NCBI GenBank assembly: GCA_000708835.1
Contig: DF237355.1
Span: 13,055 to 77,054, forward strand
Direction of reading: 5' to 3'
Source: Klebsormidium nitens
Taxonomy: Eukaryota; Plantae; Klebsormidiophyceae
DNA: 64,000 bases
Shown: piece by piece, positions 36,619 through 49,700 of the stretch
Layout of the letters: each line of letters begins with the position of its first letter
Position numbering within the stretch: position 1 is the first letter of the stretch
Program-made: the position numbers and the translations under genes
The notes under the pieces: model-generated
Told to the model about the DNA's origin: nothing
Databases searched by the model: none
The model's input: only the letters and a program-made list of their open reading frames with translations

Positions 36619-39600
36619 TTAGGCACATGCTGCAGTAGCGCCCGGGGCGGCGACGCACGCCGTGCGGCAGCAAACGAACTGGTCGCCCGCGGCGTTGAAG
36701 CACTGGTTGGGAAGCCCCGAGTACGGGTCACACGCGCGCGGTGCGCGCGCAGAGGCAGTCGGGGCGGGACTGCCGGCTGGCCCGGGGGTAGCGGTTGGTG
36801 GGGTCGTGGGACCGCACGACGCGATCGAAGGCGGGGGCGAGAGACACTGGAGGAGACCTCCACAACTTGTCAGAGTTTTGCTTGCAAGTGGCTCTTGTAA
36901 ATCTAAGACGGCCCCCCCGATACAGCCTTTTTAATTTGAACACTTACCAAAAAGTCTTGTTTCTTCCAATCTTCCAAGGCCGTGAGAGGCATGTTCTGAA
37001 TGTAGGCCGAATGAAGTTGGATCAAGGCGGAACCGTCACGGGCTCAGCCAAGTCCTCAAGGAGAACGCTCTGGAGCTGTTAAATCCGCAGACACAGCCGT
37101 CGAATCAATAGTCGAGAAGCATTTTTGACGGCTGCTAACTTTCACTGAGTGCGAATGACATAAGGTCCACCGACGGAACCCACTACTCGTTCAATGGTCT
37201 CCACTTGTTTCGTTCTCTAAATTTTCCGGCGCAGTTCCGAAGATCGGTCCGAATCGCGGGGATACTTCCATCACCCGGTCGGACATGTGCACAGAATCAA
37301 TGTGTCCAGGAGTGTCCGGTCTGGTGTCCGGTGTCCGGTGTCCGCGGCGGCTCACCGGATTGCTGCAGCAGACGAAGGCGTCCCCCGCGGCGTTGAAGCA
37401 CTGGTTGGGGTCGCTGCCATAAGCGTCGCACGCGTCTATGATTGGGGCGCTGCTGACGGTAGGAACTGTACACGTGGGATTCGGGCGGATATGTATATCG
37501 ACATGAACGAAACAGAGCACAGGATCATTCTTAGCAAAAGGAAGAAGGTGTTTGCAATCGGCGAGGCTGAAAGGAATTGAAGCAATATACGAGCGCCAAG
37601 CGGCTGGTTCGGGTAAGGACTCGGGCAAATAACAGTAGATTTTCGGTTAATAAAACCCTCGCTGTCGCTGTCGCTGAAAGACTTGGAGCCATTTGCATGA
37701 AGCAGCATTCTGAGAAGAGATTTCCGCCGGGCGAGTGCTGCTGAAGTTCGGCGGAACAACGGAAGGCTGAAGCCTGACGGAACAGCGGAAGATGTGAGTG
37801 GACCAGACGAACGGGTCAGAACGGAGTAAGAGCGACCCGTCTCGCAAAATTTTTACACGTCATGGGTTTCATCTGGCGCGGTACTAATTACTAATGTCTG
37901 GAGACTGTCTTTCTGTTTTTGGTTGTGGCTATAGTCTCGGTGGAATCCAATCGCTCCGTTAGCAACGGCAGAAGAAACGAGAAGCTTTCAGTGCGGGTTG
38001 CTTTGAGAGTTGCTTCGCCGTTGAAAATGTGCAGTTAAAGAAAATACATTATCCAAAAGGTCCCTATCATTCTGAAACCGTAAATGACACGCGGCGGCGA
38101 ATGTTTGACTATGATGGAACTCTGCCACAGATTCCGCCGGGCAAACGCCTTTCCGGCGGATCGAAGGTGCGTGGCCCGGAATGTAAAGAAGGCCCAGACA
38201 GCCTCGGGGTTTAGGTTTGGGGTCGACTTACTCGGGGTCGTTCCGGTGGGACTAGTTGTTCCGGTCGGCACGGTTCCGGTCGGCACGGTTCCGGTCGGAG
38301 TGGGGACCGCTGTCAGAACTGGCTGGTACTTGCCGCTCGCACAGGTAGGGAGATTGTTTACGGTCGGGCCACAGGACTCCGGATCGCAGCAGACGTAAAG
38401 TGCACCCGACGGGTCAAAGCACTGCAATCAAGAGCAAGCACGGTTCGAATTGCTAGCTCTCAGAATCGCTCTTACAGTCGAACTATGCAAGAGGGGACGT
38501 CGGAAAGAGAGGAAGCTTATTTTCCAATGTAATTGATATCCTTGCAATCCAGGCCTGGCGAGATTTGCCGCGTGCATCGTGGGAGCAGAAAAATTCTGCG
38601 GATATTTCGTCTGGCTGTCGTTCTCAGTCCAGGGGTGCGACCAAATGGCCATCTCGTTTTCTTGTTCTCGAGACTTACTACGAATTACAGCTCAATGCGC
38701 CGTGCGAACGTTGTAGGACTTTCAATCCTTGTCGGAGCGGACTCGCTGACTTGCAGTCGGCTTGACGGGCGGATAGGCTGATGTGAAGACGGTCTATACC
38801 TCAAACCAGGCTAAAATATACACAGCTTGCTTGATTCAAGCTTATATATGAAAGTCGGATATCTGAAGCTGACACTTACTCTTCAGAACGGTGTGCCGCT
38901 TATTCGAACGACGGACCAAGCAAACGGTCTCCGTTTCATCTGAAGATAGAACTAGTTGGCAGCGTTGAACCTCGAGCATAAGATCGGAAGGGTCTCGGGC
39001 CGACTTACCTGGTTCTGAAAGTAGGACAGGTAGTCGCAGGTTCCGCCTGAACCATTGTATGAACCCAGTGGTTAGCGACGGTCAGGTGAGGCTGGTTAGC
39101 ACTAAGGTCAGGTCACTTTCCCGCTTAACCGGTCATGAGCGGAATAGCTTAGCCTAGCTAAGGAACGGGCGACGAAGATTACAAGCTGAAAAACTCTTGA
39201 CCGAAACAGCCGAAGGCTATGGTTTCTTTGACCTGTTCAGGGCTTTAGCCCCAGAAAAGGAGCCACTCCTTGGCTCTCGACGATGAAATCAACGGAAGTC
39301 CTAATCTGAACTTCGGAAAAGCAATAGCATAAAATCGATGGAGGTAGGTAGCCAGTACGGTAGAGCAAACAAGAATACGCACTGTCTCCGGGGAGCATCG
39401 TCTGAATCGGCGTCAATCACGGTCCGCGAGAGAGTCCAGAATGTCAAAAAGCACCTTGCAGAAGGGTCGCCACAGTTGTAAAAGCAGGAGCCGAAGTTGG
39501 GCTCAGGGTCGTAGGAGCGGGGGTGGTCGGGACGGGGGTGGTCGGGGCCGGGGTGGTCGGGGAGGGAGTGGTCGGGACTGGAGTGGTCGGGGCGGGGGTA

Positions 39601-42600
39601 GTCGGGGGCCGGGGTGGTCGGGGTGGGAGGTGGGTCGGGGCCGAGGGGTGGTCGGGGCGTGGGAGGNNNNNNNNNNNNNNNNNNNNNNNNNNNNNNNNNN
39701 NNNNNNNNNNNNNNNNNNNNNNNNNNNNNNNNNNNNNNNNNNNNNNNNNNNNNNNNNNNNNNNNNNNNNNNNNNNNNNNNNNNNNNNNNNNNNNNNNNNN
39801 NNNNNNNNNNNNNNNNNNNNNNNNNNNNNNNNNNNNNNNNNNNNNNNNNNNNNNNNNNNNNNNNNNNNNNNNNNNNNNNNNNNNNNNNNNNNNNNNNNNN
39901 NNNACGGACCGGTACGGGTAACGGTTACGGGAACGGTTAAGGGTACCGGGTAACGGACGGGTACGGGTACGGGACGGGACGGGTTCGGGTACGGACGGGT
40001 ACGGGTAGTGGTCGGGGCTGGAGTGGTCGGGGAGGGGGTGGTCGGGGAGGGGGTGGTCGGGGCGGGGGTGGTCGGCGCGGGTGTGGTCGGGGCCGGAGTG
40101 ACGCTGTCCGGGCAGCTCAGGGGGCTCAGCGCGTACGTATCATTGGTGTTCGAGAACACGACGGCCGTTGTCACGGAGCTGCAGCTCGCGTCGTTCAGGA
40201 AGAGGCAGTAGCGAAAGGCGCTTATGTAGTTGAAGAGCTCGCACTTGGCCAAGCCCGCCTGGACGCACAGTGTGCAGCACGTGGCGTAATCTGGCACCCC
40301 CGTGAGTACGGTCGTGGGCGGGGTGGGTCCAAAACCGCCCACTGAACCCTGTGGAATTGCGAGCTGGCCATTGACCGGTGGGACTGCGCCGGTGCATCCG
40401 CTCCGGCATGGGGTCGGTTGAGCTGGCGACGGGGACTGTCCAATAGTGGGGAACCCATCGCGGCAGGCGGACGAGGGCGCTGATGTCGGGACCGGGGGTG
40501 CATTTTCTGAAAAGATAAACGAAAAGATAAACAGCAACTTTCTTACATAGAAAGTCAGAAGTTTTGGCCGTTCATCAAGCTTCTGAAATTGCCATTACAA
40601 CTAGCTCGGACTTCGATATATCTATTCAACTAGCCTGCCACAGAATACAAACTCCTGTTACTCATATATGTGCACTGAATCGGTTAGCAGTGGTGCGTGC
40701 GGCAGCCAAAGACGCTCAAGATAGTTGAGCACTTTTTGGCAGCTTGTTTAATTCAGGAAAAGCCGGTAAGATGACGTAGGCAAGAACGGAAATCATTATT
40801 GAATCTGATTCACGAGGATCAAGATGGCTAGTCGACCAGGGACATTCGACTTCCAGAGCTTGGCCAGATCCTGAGCGCGGGCTTTCCCTCAAGCGCGTCG
40901 CAGGCTGAAAGTCCTCAAAATCTCTGCGCACAGCAGAAAGCCTCCTTGTGAACAAGATGCAGGATGCTCACCTGAGGCCGTCAGCGAGATGTCATCCACG
41001 AAGACGAAGGAACTGCTTTGGCAGCTAAGGAACATCTGGGCGCTCGACCCGGACGATTCGAATTGCAGAGGTCCAATCTGCTGGAAGCTCGCAGCGTCCG
41101 TGGGGTTATCATTGGCAACCCGATAGACGGTCTCAATGATCCCGGATTGCCTGAAATCGACGTTGCAGGATTGCGACGTGCTGCCCGCACTTGTGTTGGC
41201 TGGTGCAATTGCGAGCTTGAAGTATAGTACGTAGTTCGTACCTGTTCAAGAACGCGCGTCGGGGCAAAGATTCAAAAATCACCCACATGCGACATTATTG
41301 CGTCTTCAGGTGGATTCGAATACACCGAGCCCAGAGAGCCAATTGGGAAAAAGAGGATATGTGCACGGCAGTGGATTTGTGATGAAATGCCGCCTGCAGG
41401 TTGCTACCACCTCAAAGTCACGTCAGCTCATCATTTGTGGAACATTGAAGTTCTTTTTAAGGTGAATACGGCAAAGGCAGACCCTTCTAACAGCCTCAAT
41501 GCATGCCTTCTCAAATCGTCCTTCAAAAGCTCCTCAGTAGCACCTCTGTTGACCTCCAGCTGTAGGGCAAAGCTGCCTTGCAAAGTCAGATTAGCTTGCA
41601 GTGACACTCAGGCTGCTGATCACCTGCTGAAGTTGCAAAGGTCTGCGACAGATAGGCTCCTCCAGACTCAACGAATGCCGCTGCGTAAGTTCCAACTGGA
41701 GTTGGGAATGAAGCACCCGGGGGAATGGGCGGATACACAATCAGGGCAGGGGCAAAATTGCCATCCCAGCCGCTAAAATCGCCGGTCTCAAAGCCTCCAT
41801 TGACAAGAAGCTGCTGTCCTGCATGCCATCAGTAAAAACAAGGTTAGCAGTACTTCAGTTGAGTAGATCGAGATGCTCACGTTGTTTGGGAAGGTCCATA
41901 AGACCATGAGTGCTGGCCAGGACAAGGTAGTAATACTGCCAACTGGTATTAGCTTCGATGGTATTACAGTAGCGAAAAAGCCAGGGACTGCGCTACCCAA
42001 CAGCCTTGAGCAGCCAAGAGACAACCTGTCTAAAGAAGACAGCCAAAGTGAAATGCTTACTACTATAACAAAATATCTGGAGTACGAACTTGTATGCGCA
42101 ATGTTGCGCCATCTGATTGCAGGAACCCTCATTTAGAGGCAGCCAGAATCTTACACTAGTAGGTGTGCTACCAAGCTGCACATATCACTGTTTGAATGAT
42201 TACCAACATGAAAGCAACTTATAGACGACCTCGAATGACCAAGCGTTTGTGTGCACTATAACACCTCTTGATTACTGAATCAATGTCAGGCAATACCCAA
42301 GGCGGACTCACAGCTAACTGTCTTGGCAGTGTTTGAGATTCCTTACGCCCAAAAAACAGCCGGCCAAAGTGCTCAAGGACGATGATGCAAACTAATGAAA
42401 TCATAGACTATGGTTGAATGGCTCATCAACCAGATCTGGCTTGCTGCTGGTTAGCCAAATTACCCCATGGAAGACAAGAGCCAGGTATTCATGGGTGAAG
42501 AGAACAAAGTTGTTCTGCATTGACAAGACCACCCAGACTGAGTTGCTGCTTCAATCCGTTCTTAGTATATCATTCAGAAGCTGTTGACAAGCAGCTGAGA

Positions 42601-43071
42601 CCAGCCAGAGTCCTTAGACAATTCACTGCTGATTTGAAGAAAAGAAACTTCTCAATCATCAGAATTGAGAGTTGAATGAAGGATACCGAAGCTGATGACC
42701 GGGGGCTGACGCGTTGTTGTGATGCAAACTAATGCAAATTATATGGTTCTTCTGTGTTTAACTTGCCTCAAAAGAACTTTCAGATCCAGACTAAAGAACC
42801 AATTCAAACATTGAACCAAATTTGAACACACTTGAAAACACTTAAAAACCTGCATCTACTCCGCATGCAAAATACAATGCCGCAGCGATTCGTCTCTGCA
42901 GTACGCAGCAAGCTAGGCAATCAATGCAACTTCCCCAACCACGATCCAACTTGAAGGAACAAATCTTTCACCTGCAACGGGCGTGCTGATGGCAGCCTGC
43001 AACAAAAGGGCCGAGAGCACCACCAAGCTGAGTCCAGACACCCGCCTCAACTTCATTATGCAGCCCGCCAT
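36619..43071 (-). CDS. Secreted modular protein: signal peptide, CBM4/9-like jelly-roll, PAN/apple-like domain, PTTPA mucin stalk and three 6-Cys modules; exons 42972-43071, 41624-41818, 40972-41241, 39455-40506, 39009-39046, 38232-38421, 37356-37465, 36619-36846
   Basis: Signal peptide MAGCIMKLRRVSGLSLVVLSALLLQAAISTPVA. CBM-like LLVNGGFETGDFSGW...GTNYVLYF...FVFVDDISL. PAN-like CCTLC..C..FNY..CLFL. GT-AG junctions are phase-consistent. The stalk exon is interrupted by an N gap. Confidence 0.82.
39500..40100 (-). repeat. 15-nt coding tandem repeat (PTTPA/PTTPS)
   Basis: g(g/t)ggtcgggg units on the + strand lie on both sides of the gap. Confidence 0.9.
39667..39903. other. Assembly gap (237 N) within the tandem repeat
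   Basis: Run of n in the sequence. Confidence 1.
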
Positions 43072-43719
43072 CACTGCGCACCAATATTCCGTTGTTGTCC
43101 AGACGAAAGAGGCCCCGCAGTCGTGAGTCTCCTTGAAGGCTTCAGATTGACGTGTGCCAAAGTGCTTCTAAAAGACAAACAGAAGTGCGGAAGCGAAATC
43201 TTTGGTTGCAAATGGGCCCAATGCGCTGGAATGGCGCCGGAAAGCTGCAATGCGGAAGGGTCAACGTTGCAACTGCATTGCATCAGACGCTGAATCGTCA
43301 CAACTTATGATAATATTAGTCGTATTGGAGAACGGGAAGTCACAAACTCGCTCTCTTTTCCGCCTCCCAGCTCACTGTCAGTCTGTGTCCTGCAGTGAAT
43401 CTTCCGGAATGAACTGATTCCTCATGTCCACCTTGATCAATCAGTCGTATCAAAATCTTCTCGCAGAGGACTATTGGACCGTCTTTCGAAATCAGCCGTT
43501 TCTGTAGTTATGATTTTACACGTCCTTTTTGAAACGAGTTCGACTTCGACCAGCCGGGCGACCAGCTCAGTTCTAGCGACAATATGGCTCGGAGAACTTA
43601 GGGCCGGGTTCTGTGCAGCAGAATCCCCTGTGAATATCGCGGATCTGATTGATCACCTAAACAATCTCCTTCCTCTGTTTCTCCAAGTCCCGAAGGAGTC
43701 CCGATGTTAGTATTGTTTA

Positions 43720-45660
43720 ACTTGATGTACCAGTACTGCCGGTGCAAAGCGTTCGTCAGAATTCTGCTGGTTATACGGGGCAGTGGTACGGCCCCTAGCC
43801 TCTGGTACGTCCTACCCAATTCGGCAACAAAAGACTGGTTTTCCAATTTGAATACGTCTCAACTTTCAAGTCTCCGAGTCCGAGTTGCGGAGAGATCTGC
43901 GGTCACATTTCCAAGACTCCCCTTTTCATGCCTTCTGCATTTCCTCAGGGATCTTTCAACTCCGTCCTATCAGGATCGATCAACTTGCATGCATGAGATC
44001 GACAGTACCGTACCCTGTACGGTCACCTCGTGAGTCGTGTCGGGCCAGGCGAATAAATTTCCGTACAAGACGGTAAAACCAAGACCAGTAAATTCTCAAG
44101 AGCTGTACGGAAAACTTGACTCGACAAAAAGGTCCTGCCGGGAAATCCTCTCAAGGTACTTGTAAAGCCGGTACCATGCCGGTATACCTACGACGTTTTA
44201 AACCGGGGGCATTGGGGGAACCGGAGAAATCGACGGTCGTCAGTACACTAGGTAGCTAGTACCAGCGGTCCTGAGCAGTGAGCGGTGTTTCAAGTTTGCC
44301 CCGAGCATTGGGCCCTGGCCCCCCGGTGGCGGCGTGATGCGACGCCGTCTTTGCAATGTATCCACCTGTACAGTATCCTGCAGGGCCGGTATCCTTCCAT
44401 GCACGGTAGAGGACAACTTCCTTCCGAGTCGCCTCGTATTAGGTACCTGGTAGGTCGGAAATTCCGACCTACCGGTACCAAGTACGCTATACCTCATATC
44501 TTGAAGCTGTACCCCCCGGGGCTCTGCCAATCACAATACGATAACTGTTGAAACTTGAGGGGGGGGAACCTTGCATGGACCAAGGTTGGATGGTCGCCGG
44601 AGCGCGGGTGCCAGACCGCACGGCGGCCCCTGGGAGGCGGCGACGACCTCGACTTACAAGGATACACCGGCCCTTTTTACCCCGCACGCGGCAGGACCCA
44701 GTGCACAGTACGGCGCGTACGGCGCATTCTGTACGCGGCGGCTCGACCTGAATTGGCTTTGTGACTCTGACAGGGGTACTGTAGGACTCCGAAGCAGTCG
44801 GAAGTACCGTACGATATTAACCTAGGCCCTTCGGTAGTCTACAGTTGTCTAGCACTGGTACCGTAGGATGTACGATTTTTTGCAGGCCAGTTCCGAAGTT
44901 CTGCACGCGGTACACTGCGGCCTGCAGCTTGCTCCGGCTAGAGCAGGTACTGTAGGTACAGGGTTCGTATGGCTGAGCAGTGAGGTCAATGTCTTCTAAG
45001 TTTAACCTACCGGTAATTACTAAAGAGTGGGTACGGTACTTTGGTGCTTCTCCAGCATACAGGAAGTAGGAACACAACTTTGCCAGCAGACAGGATCCCT
45101 GTCACAGGTAGATTGCCGCGATTTGGGACTGCCTGTGGCACGCAGGCTATCATTTCCCGGCCGTTCATTAGCGTGGTCACCAAGCCATTCCGGATCGTCG
45201 ATGACTCAAAACCCGGTAAAAGCGGAGCAGAACCTTGTCCAGTAAAAACGGGCTAAACTGTGCAGACTGGAGGCACTCAGTGAAATCCAGCCAATAGGAA
45301 ATGAAGACCGAGTGCGACAAAACGCGGCGATCTACCTGTCATGTTCAAGATTTGAAGCCTCTACAATTGATCCTAAAAGCTTGCTCAATGCCAATTCATT
45401 CAGAGTCCAGACTACCTAGCTAGCTGGGAGCTGCTCTGCCGGATGATGCTCCTAGTGCCTGAACAAGCCAGTCGGTAAAAGTCGAAATAACGTCCTGCAC
45501 CGTGCAAGTCGCTTGTATTTGTACCGTACAACTTAGATACTTATGTAGATCGCACTTGTACACAAAGTACTGCTCAGGGGCCAAGACTCAAGAGAACTTT
45601 TTGGAGGTACCTACGAGTAACGGGATCCTGATTCCTGACTTGTACGTCGGTAGCATGGAT
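43720..45660. other. GTAC-dense non-coding island between the divergent secreted-protein genes
   Basis: About 37 GTAC by hand count in about 1.95 kb, against about 8 expected at uniform base composition. Confidence 0.7.
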
Positions 45661-45771
45661 ACGTCTGACAGGCCTACACTACCGGTAGTGCGCCTGCACT
45701 ACCGGTAGTGCGCTCGATTCAAAACGTCAGAATATCCTGTTGGCGATTATCACTAGTGTATCTCAGGCTCA

Positions 45772-46218
45772 GGGCCTGGTCGCATGCCGCCAAAACCGAC
45801 AGATTTCGATAGAATGTGTCGGTTTTGGAGCGACCGCATGACCGCATGCCACCAACACCAGCAGAAAGTACTATCGACGCGGGGGAAATGTTCACTCATT
45901 GACCGGAAAACCAACAGAATCTGACGGGCTAGCCTGACGTCCAGCCAGAATCTGTCGGTCCCAAAAGTCGCAAACCGAGCACTTTGTAGGGGAGACTCAT
46001 CGACTGCTACTGCTCGGTAGGTCCTGAGATTTTTCCAGCTTTTTTTTGTTCGATTAAAATCTTTATTTCGATGCCGACCGTTCAGCTTCACCAACACTTA
46101 TCGAACAGCGACGTCGAAAACTGTACTTTGCCGTACAGACCACCGGGCCACCTGGCCAAAGTCAACCCAACACATTCTGTCGAAATCTGTCGGTTTTGGC
46201 CCGCATGCGACCAGGCCC
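45772..46218. mobile_element. Tourist/PIF-Harbinger-like MITE (447 bp)
   Basis: About 45-bp TIRs gggcctggtcgcatgc..ccaaaaccgacagatttcga(t/c)agaatgt. A 3-bp TSD, TCA, lies at 45769-45771 and 46219-46221. No coding capacity is evident. Confidence 0.85.
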
Positions 46219-46759
46219 TCAGCCTCTCACAGTCATGTAGTCAGGGATAATCTGACCCCTGACGTCAGCTATGCAGCATGCACACTGCGATGACAATACG
46301 TAGATGAGATTCTGAATCTGTGACCGCATACGGGCCACATACTTTGACGAGAAAAATGGTCCAAGGAAGCAGAGGAAAGCAGTGCAAATCGGTTGCGCCC
46401 CAGTGCACCAGATACTCTCATCCTTCGACAACGAAAATGAAGCAAGGGCTCAGGTGGCAGTGTCTTTGCATTATGCACCAGATTACCGGTCCATATTCTC
46501 TCAAACGATACGAGCTCGGATCGATCCGGAATCGGTACTCGACTAGTGTGCTGCATCTACGATTCGAAGCCTGAGCTGCCGACCTGCAAAGCCCGAGTCT
46601 TGCACACACGGGGACCATCCTATGTAAAGACTAAAGCTATATATTCTTTAGGCAGGAGCAGCTTCTCTTTCATTCAATGATTCAACGCCCCCAGACTTTC
46701 CGAAACTTTTCTCCAAGGTTCTGAGACCAGAGGCGCTTCTACCTACGGGCGCTTCCACA

Positions 46760-49700
46760 ATGTCGTCTCTTTCGAAGCATCCCCGGCTCTCCGTACCCGC
46801 CTCTATCCTGCTCGGATCGCTCCTCCTTTTCTTTGCGAGCTCTATTTCATATGTGGGGGCGCAAGAGGGTCCCACGTCTCCCCCGGGCCCCAGCTTTCCC
46901 CCGCTAGTTCCCTCGCCTACCCCCCTCGAGTGCCCGGATGGGGAGAGTTCCTACAGCTTCAACGGCACCATGTGCTGCGCCTATGACCGGACCTGCTTGA
47001 TCGGGGACCCGTTGAACCCTTCCCTTGCGACCGGCGCACTCTGCTGCCCCCAAGGGGCACTCTGCGTCTTTGACTACACCTCCTTTGCGGCCTGCGTGAC
47101 CCCCCCCGCTGCGCAGTGCGCGTCCTGCCTGCCTGCCAATCCGAATTCCTTCGATCGCTGCAGTCTACTGAAGTCGGGGGACTTCTGTTGCTCTCAGCAA
47201 ACCTGTGGGGGGTCCATTGCGGACTCGAGGTCGGGCTTCTGCTGTGACAAGGGCTCCAAGACGCAATGCACCTTTCCCCTTTCAGTGATAGCCAGTCCCT
47301 CTGCGGTCACCCGGTGCTGTGAACCAGGGCAAGTGATATGCGAAGACCGGTGTTGCAGTCGAGCAAACTGCATCAGCCCAGGTCCTTTGGGGCCCTACAC
47401 GTGCAACGAGCCAAGTGAGTGAATGGGCCACCTTGACCTGAGTGAAATTTAGCTCAAGACCTGTTAGCACTGCATCTTAGTATGGAGCACCATAGGCTAC
47501 AGTCCTAGCCTTCGATGCAAGGCCAGTGGCGTTGAGCAGTAAGACTGCCTGTGAAGCGCTGAGGCCCATAGGCCTCATTTGAGAGAGTCGGTTGCTCTTG
47601 CTGCTTGGACCCACTAGTCCTGACTGGTCGCACACTTGCAATGCTTACCATTACTGTATCGTGTCTTGTTTGTGAGCTTTCGTGATTCTTTTCTGTGAGA
47701 GGACTGCGTCTGTATGTGGATACCAACATGTTGTGGGCCCTTTGGGGGACATCTTGCCCTCCGCTACTGAGCTTTGGATATATAAGATCAAGCCAGACTT
47801 TCATGTAGGGCTTAATTTGAGCTTGGGGATCCTTGAGCAACCTGCAAGGGTTTGAACATGCCTATTCCGATTGCTGGTTTGTCATCTCCGAGTCTTGTAT
47901 GGTCATTATTCGAATGAAGTCAGAACCTTTGAAAACCCACTATATCAATGACGGATTTGGGCCATCTCTTCTTCAAAGGCTGATTTTCTTTCGTTGTACC
48001 CACTGCACTTCTCAAACCATAAAAGTAGCAACCTCTGAGGCCCTGCTGATAATTCTTCTTTGCAGTCCCCACAAATGCGCCCCCCCCCCCCAGTCCCAAC
48101 GATTGCCGCCCCCCCTCCCGTCCAAACACCTGCGCCCCCCCCCTCCAATCCCCACCCCGACGGGTCCTTTCCCTACATTTGCGACAACGGAAGGAGGAGC
48201 GTAAGCTCACGTTCTCCTGGATCTCAGTACCAACAATGCAGGGTTAAGCATAGAAGATATTGGGTACTGAGGCTTACAGGGAGGAGTCCATGTGTTGAAG
48301 AATAGGAAAAAGTTGTTTTGTCCGTTAGGCGGATTCTTCACAGCTAACACAAAGAAGTGGGCTTCTTGAAAAGTTCTTACCCCAAGGTCGGGTCTGTACT
48401 CATGTGTAATCATGTGTAATCTAACCTACATGTGTAATCTAACCTCAACATAAACCTCTGTTCTGCTTCAAAAGATAGAGCTCCAAATATCTGAACACCC
48501 CAGCATTTGGTAAGAAAGTGGTCCACGTGGGCAGGTGACGTCACCCCCATAGATTGGTTAACCATGCCACAAGTCTATCTGGCACGTCGTTAGTGGGCCG
48601 AAAGATCTGACAGTCAATGCAAATTGTGTAGTGCTGCTGAGGGAGCAGAGTTGGTAGGGGTAACAGTACTCTAACTCTTTGCTGAAATTGCCGCGGATAG
48701 GAGACTTCTTCTACGTAGAAGAACTCTTCATTCTAGGAATAACTCAAATCTTTGTGAACCTGCTCAATATCCAGGTTTCGTAGAACGTGCATTGAAGCTC
48801 GCACTAAACCCTACACATCACTTTCTTCTTCTTTTCGTGGACAATATCGTGGAATAACAGTAAAAGGACTTCTTGAACCAAAGAGTCGAGTCTTCTTTTG
48901 TCTCGATCACTCACTCAAAACTCGGGGGAGCGTCCGAAATGAGCGTTCTCACCCACCTTTCAGCCGCAATCAGCTCTACTCGAGCTTCACGAGAATCCCG
49001 AATCGCCCGTCAACACCACCCATAGGAAATCGAGACCCGGAATTCAATACACTTTTCAGAATGGGCAGGGAGCTGGATTAAGTTTAGCAGTAGTCCGAAT
49101 GAGGGAACTTTTCAGACTACACTGTTCTTATGATTTAAAGTACATTTCTAAAGCGCATATCACCTAACACAGGGGACTTTTCAGTCGGCAGCTTTCTTAT
49201 ATTCCTTTTAAGACTGTACTTTAATGGGCGGCTGATTTGTAGTGACCTTTTCAATGGCAGGTGCGACCCGTTCTCGGCGCTCCCCTTCACGTGCTACAAC
49301 AACGCCGGTACGTCCTTCGCTTGCTGCCCGGACCCGAAATGCCCTTCCCCGGGCCCAGTGCCAAGATGCGCCGGAGAAACCGCGGCTCCGTCGACTCTAG
49401 CACCAACTCCAACGCCAACTGTAACTTCCCCCATTCCAACTGTAACTACCCCCATGCCAACTGTAACTACCCCCACGCCAACTGTAACTACCCCCACGCC
49501 AACTGTGACCACTACCCCAACGCCAACTGTGACCACTACCCCAACGCCAACTGTGACCTCTACCCCAATGCCGACTGCCACCACGGCAGCGCCAGCTGTC
49601 ACGACCGCAGCACCGGCCCCGACTCCGACAGTTACTCATGCCACCGGCTCTTATGTGTGAGCCCCTTCCAGATATTTCTTAGTCAAGCGCCCCGCACTCC

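Noticed and set aside
39904-40005. Odd acggtacgggtaacgg sequence beside the gap
   Set aside because: It looks like a degraded low-quality read end of the adjacent tandem repeat, not a real motif.
48410-48450. Short intronic tandem repeats (catgtgtaat), also 37300-37345 and 50490-50560
   Set aside because: They are ordinary micro- and minisatellite-type slippage products.
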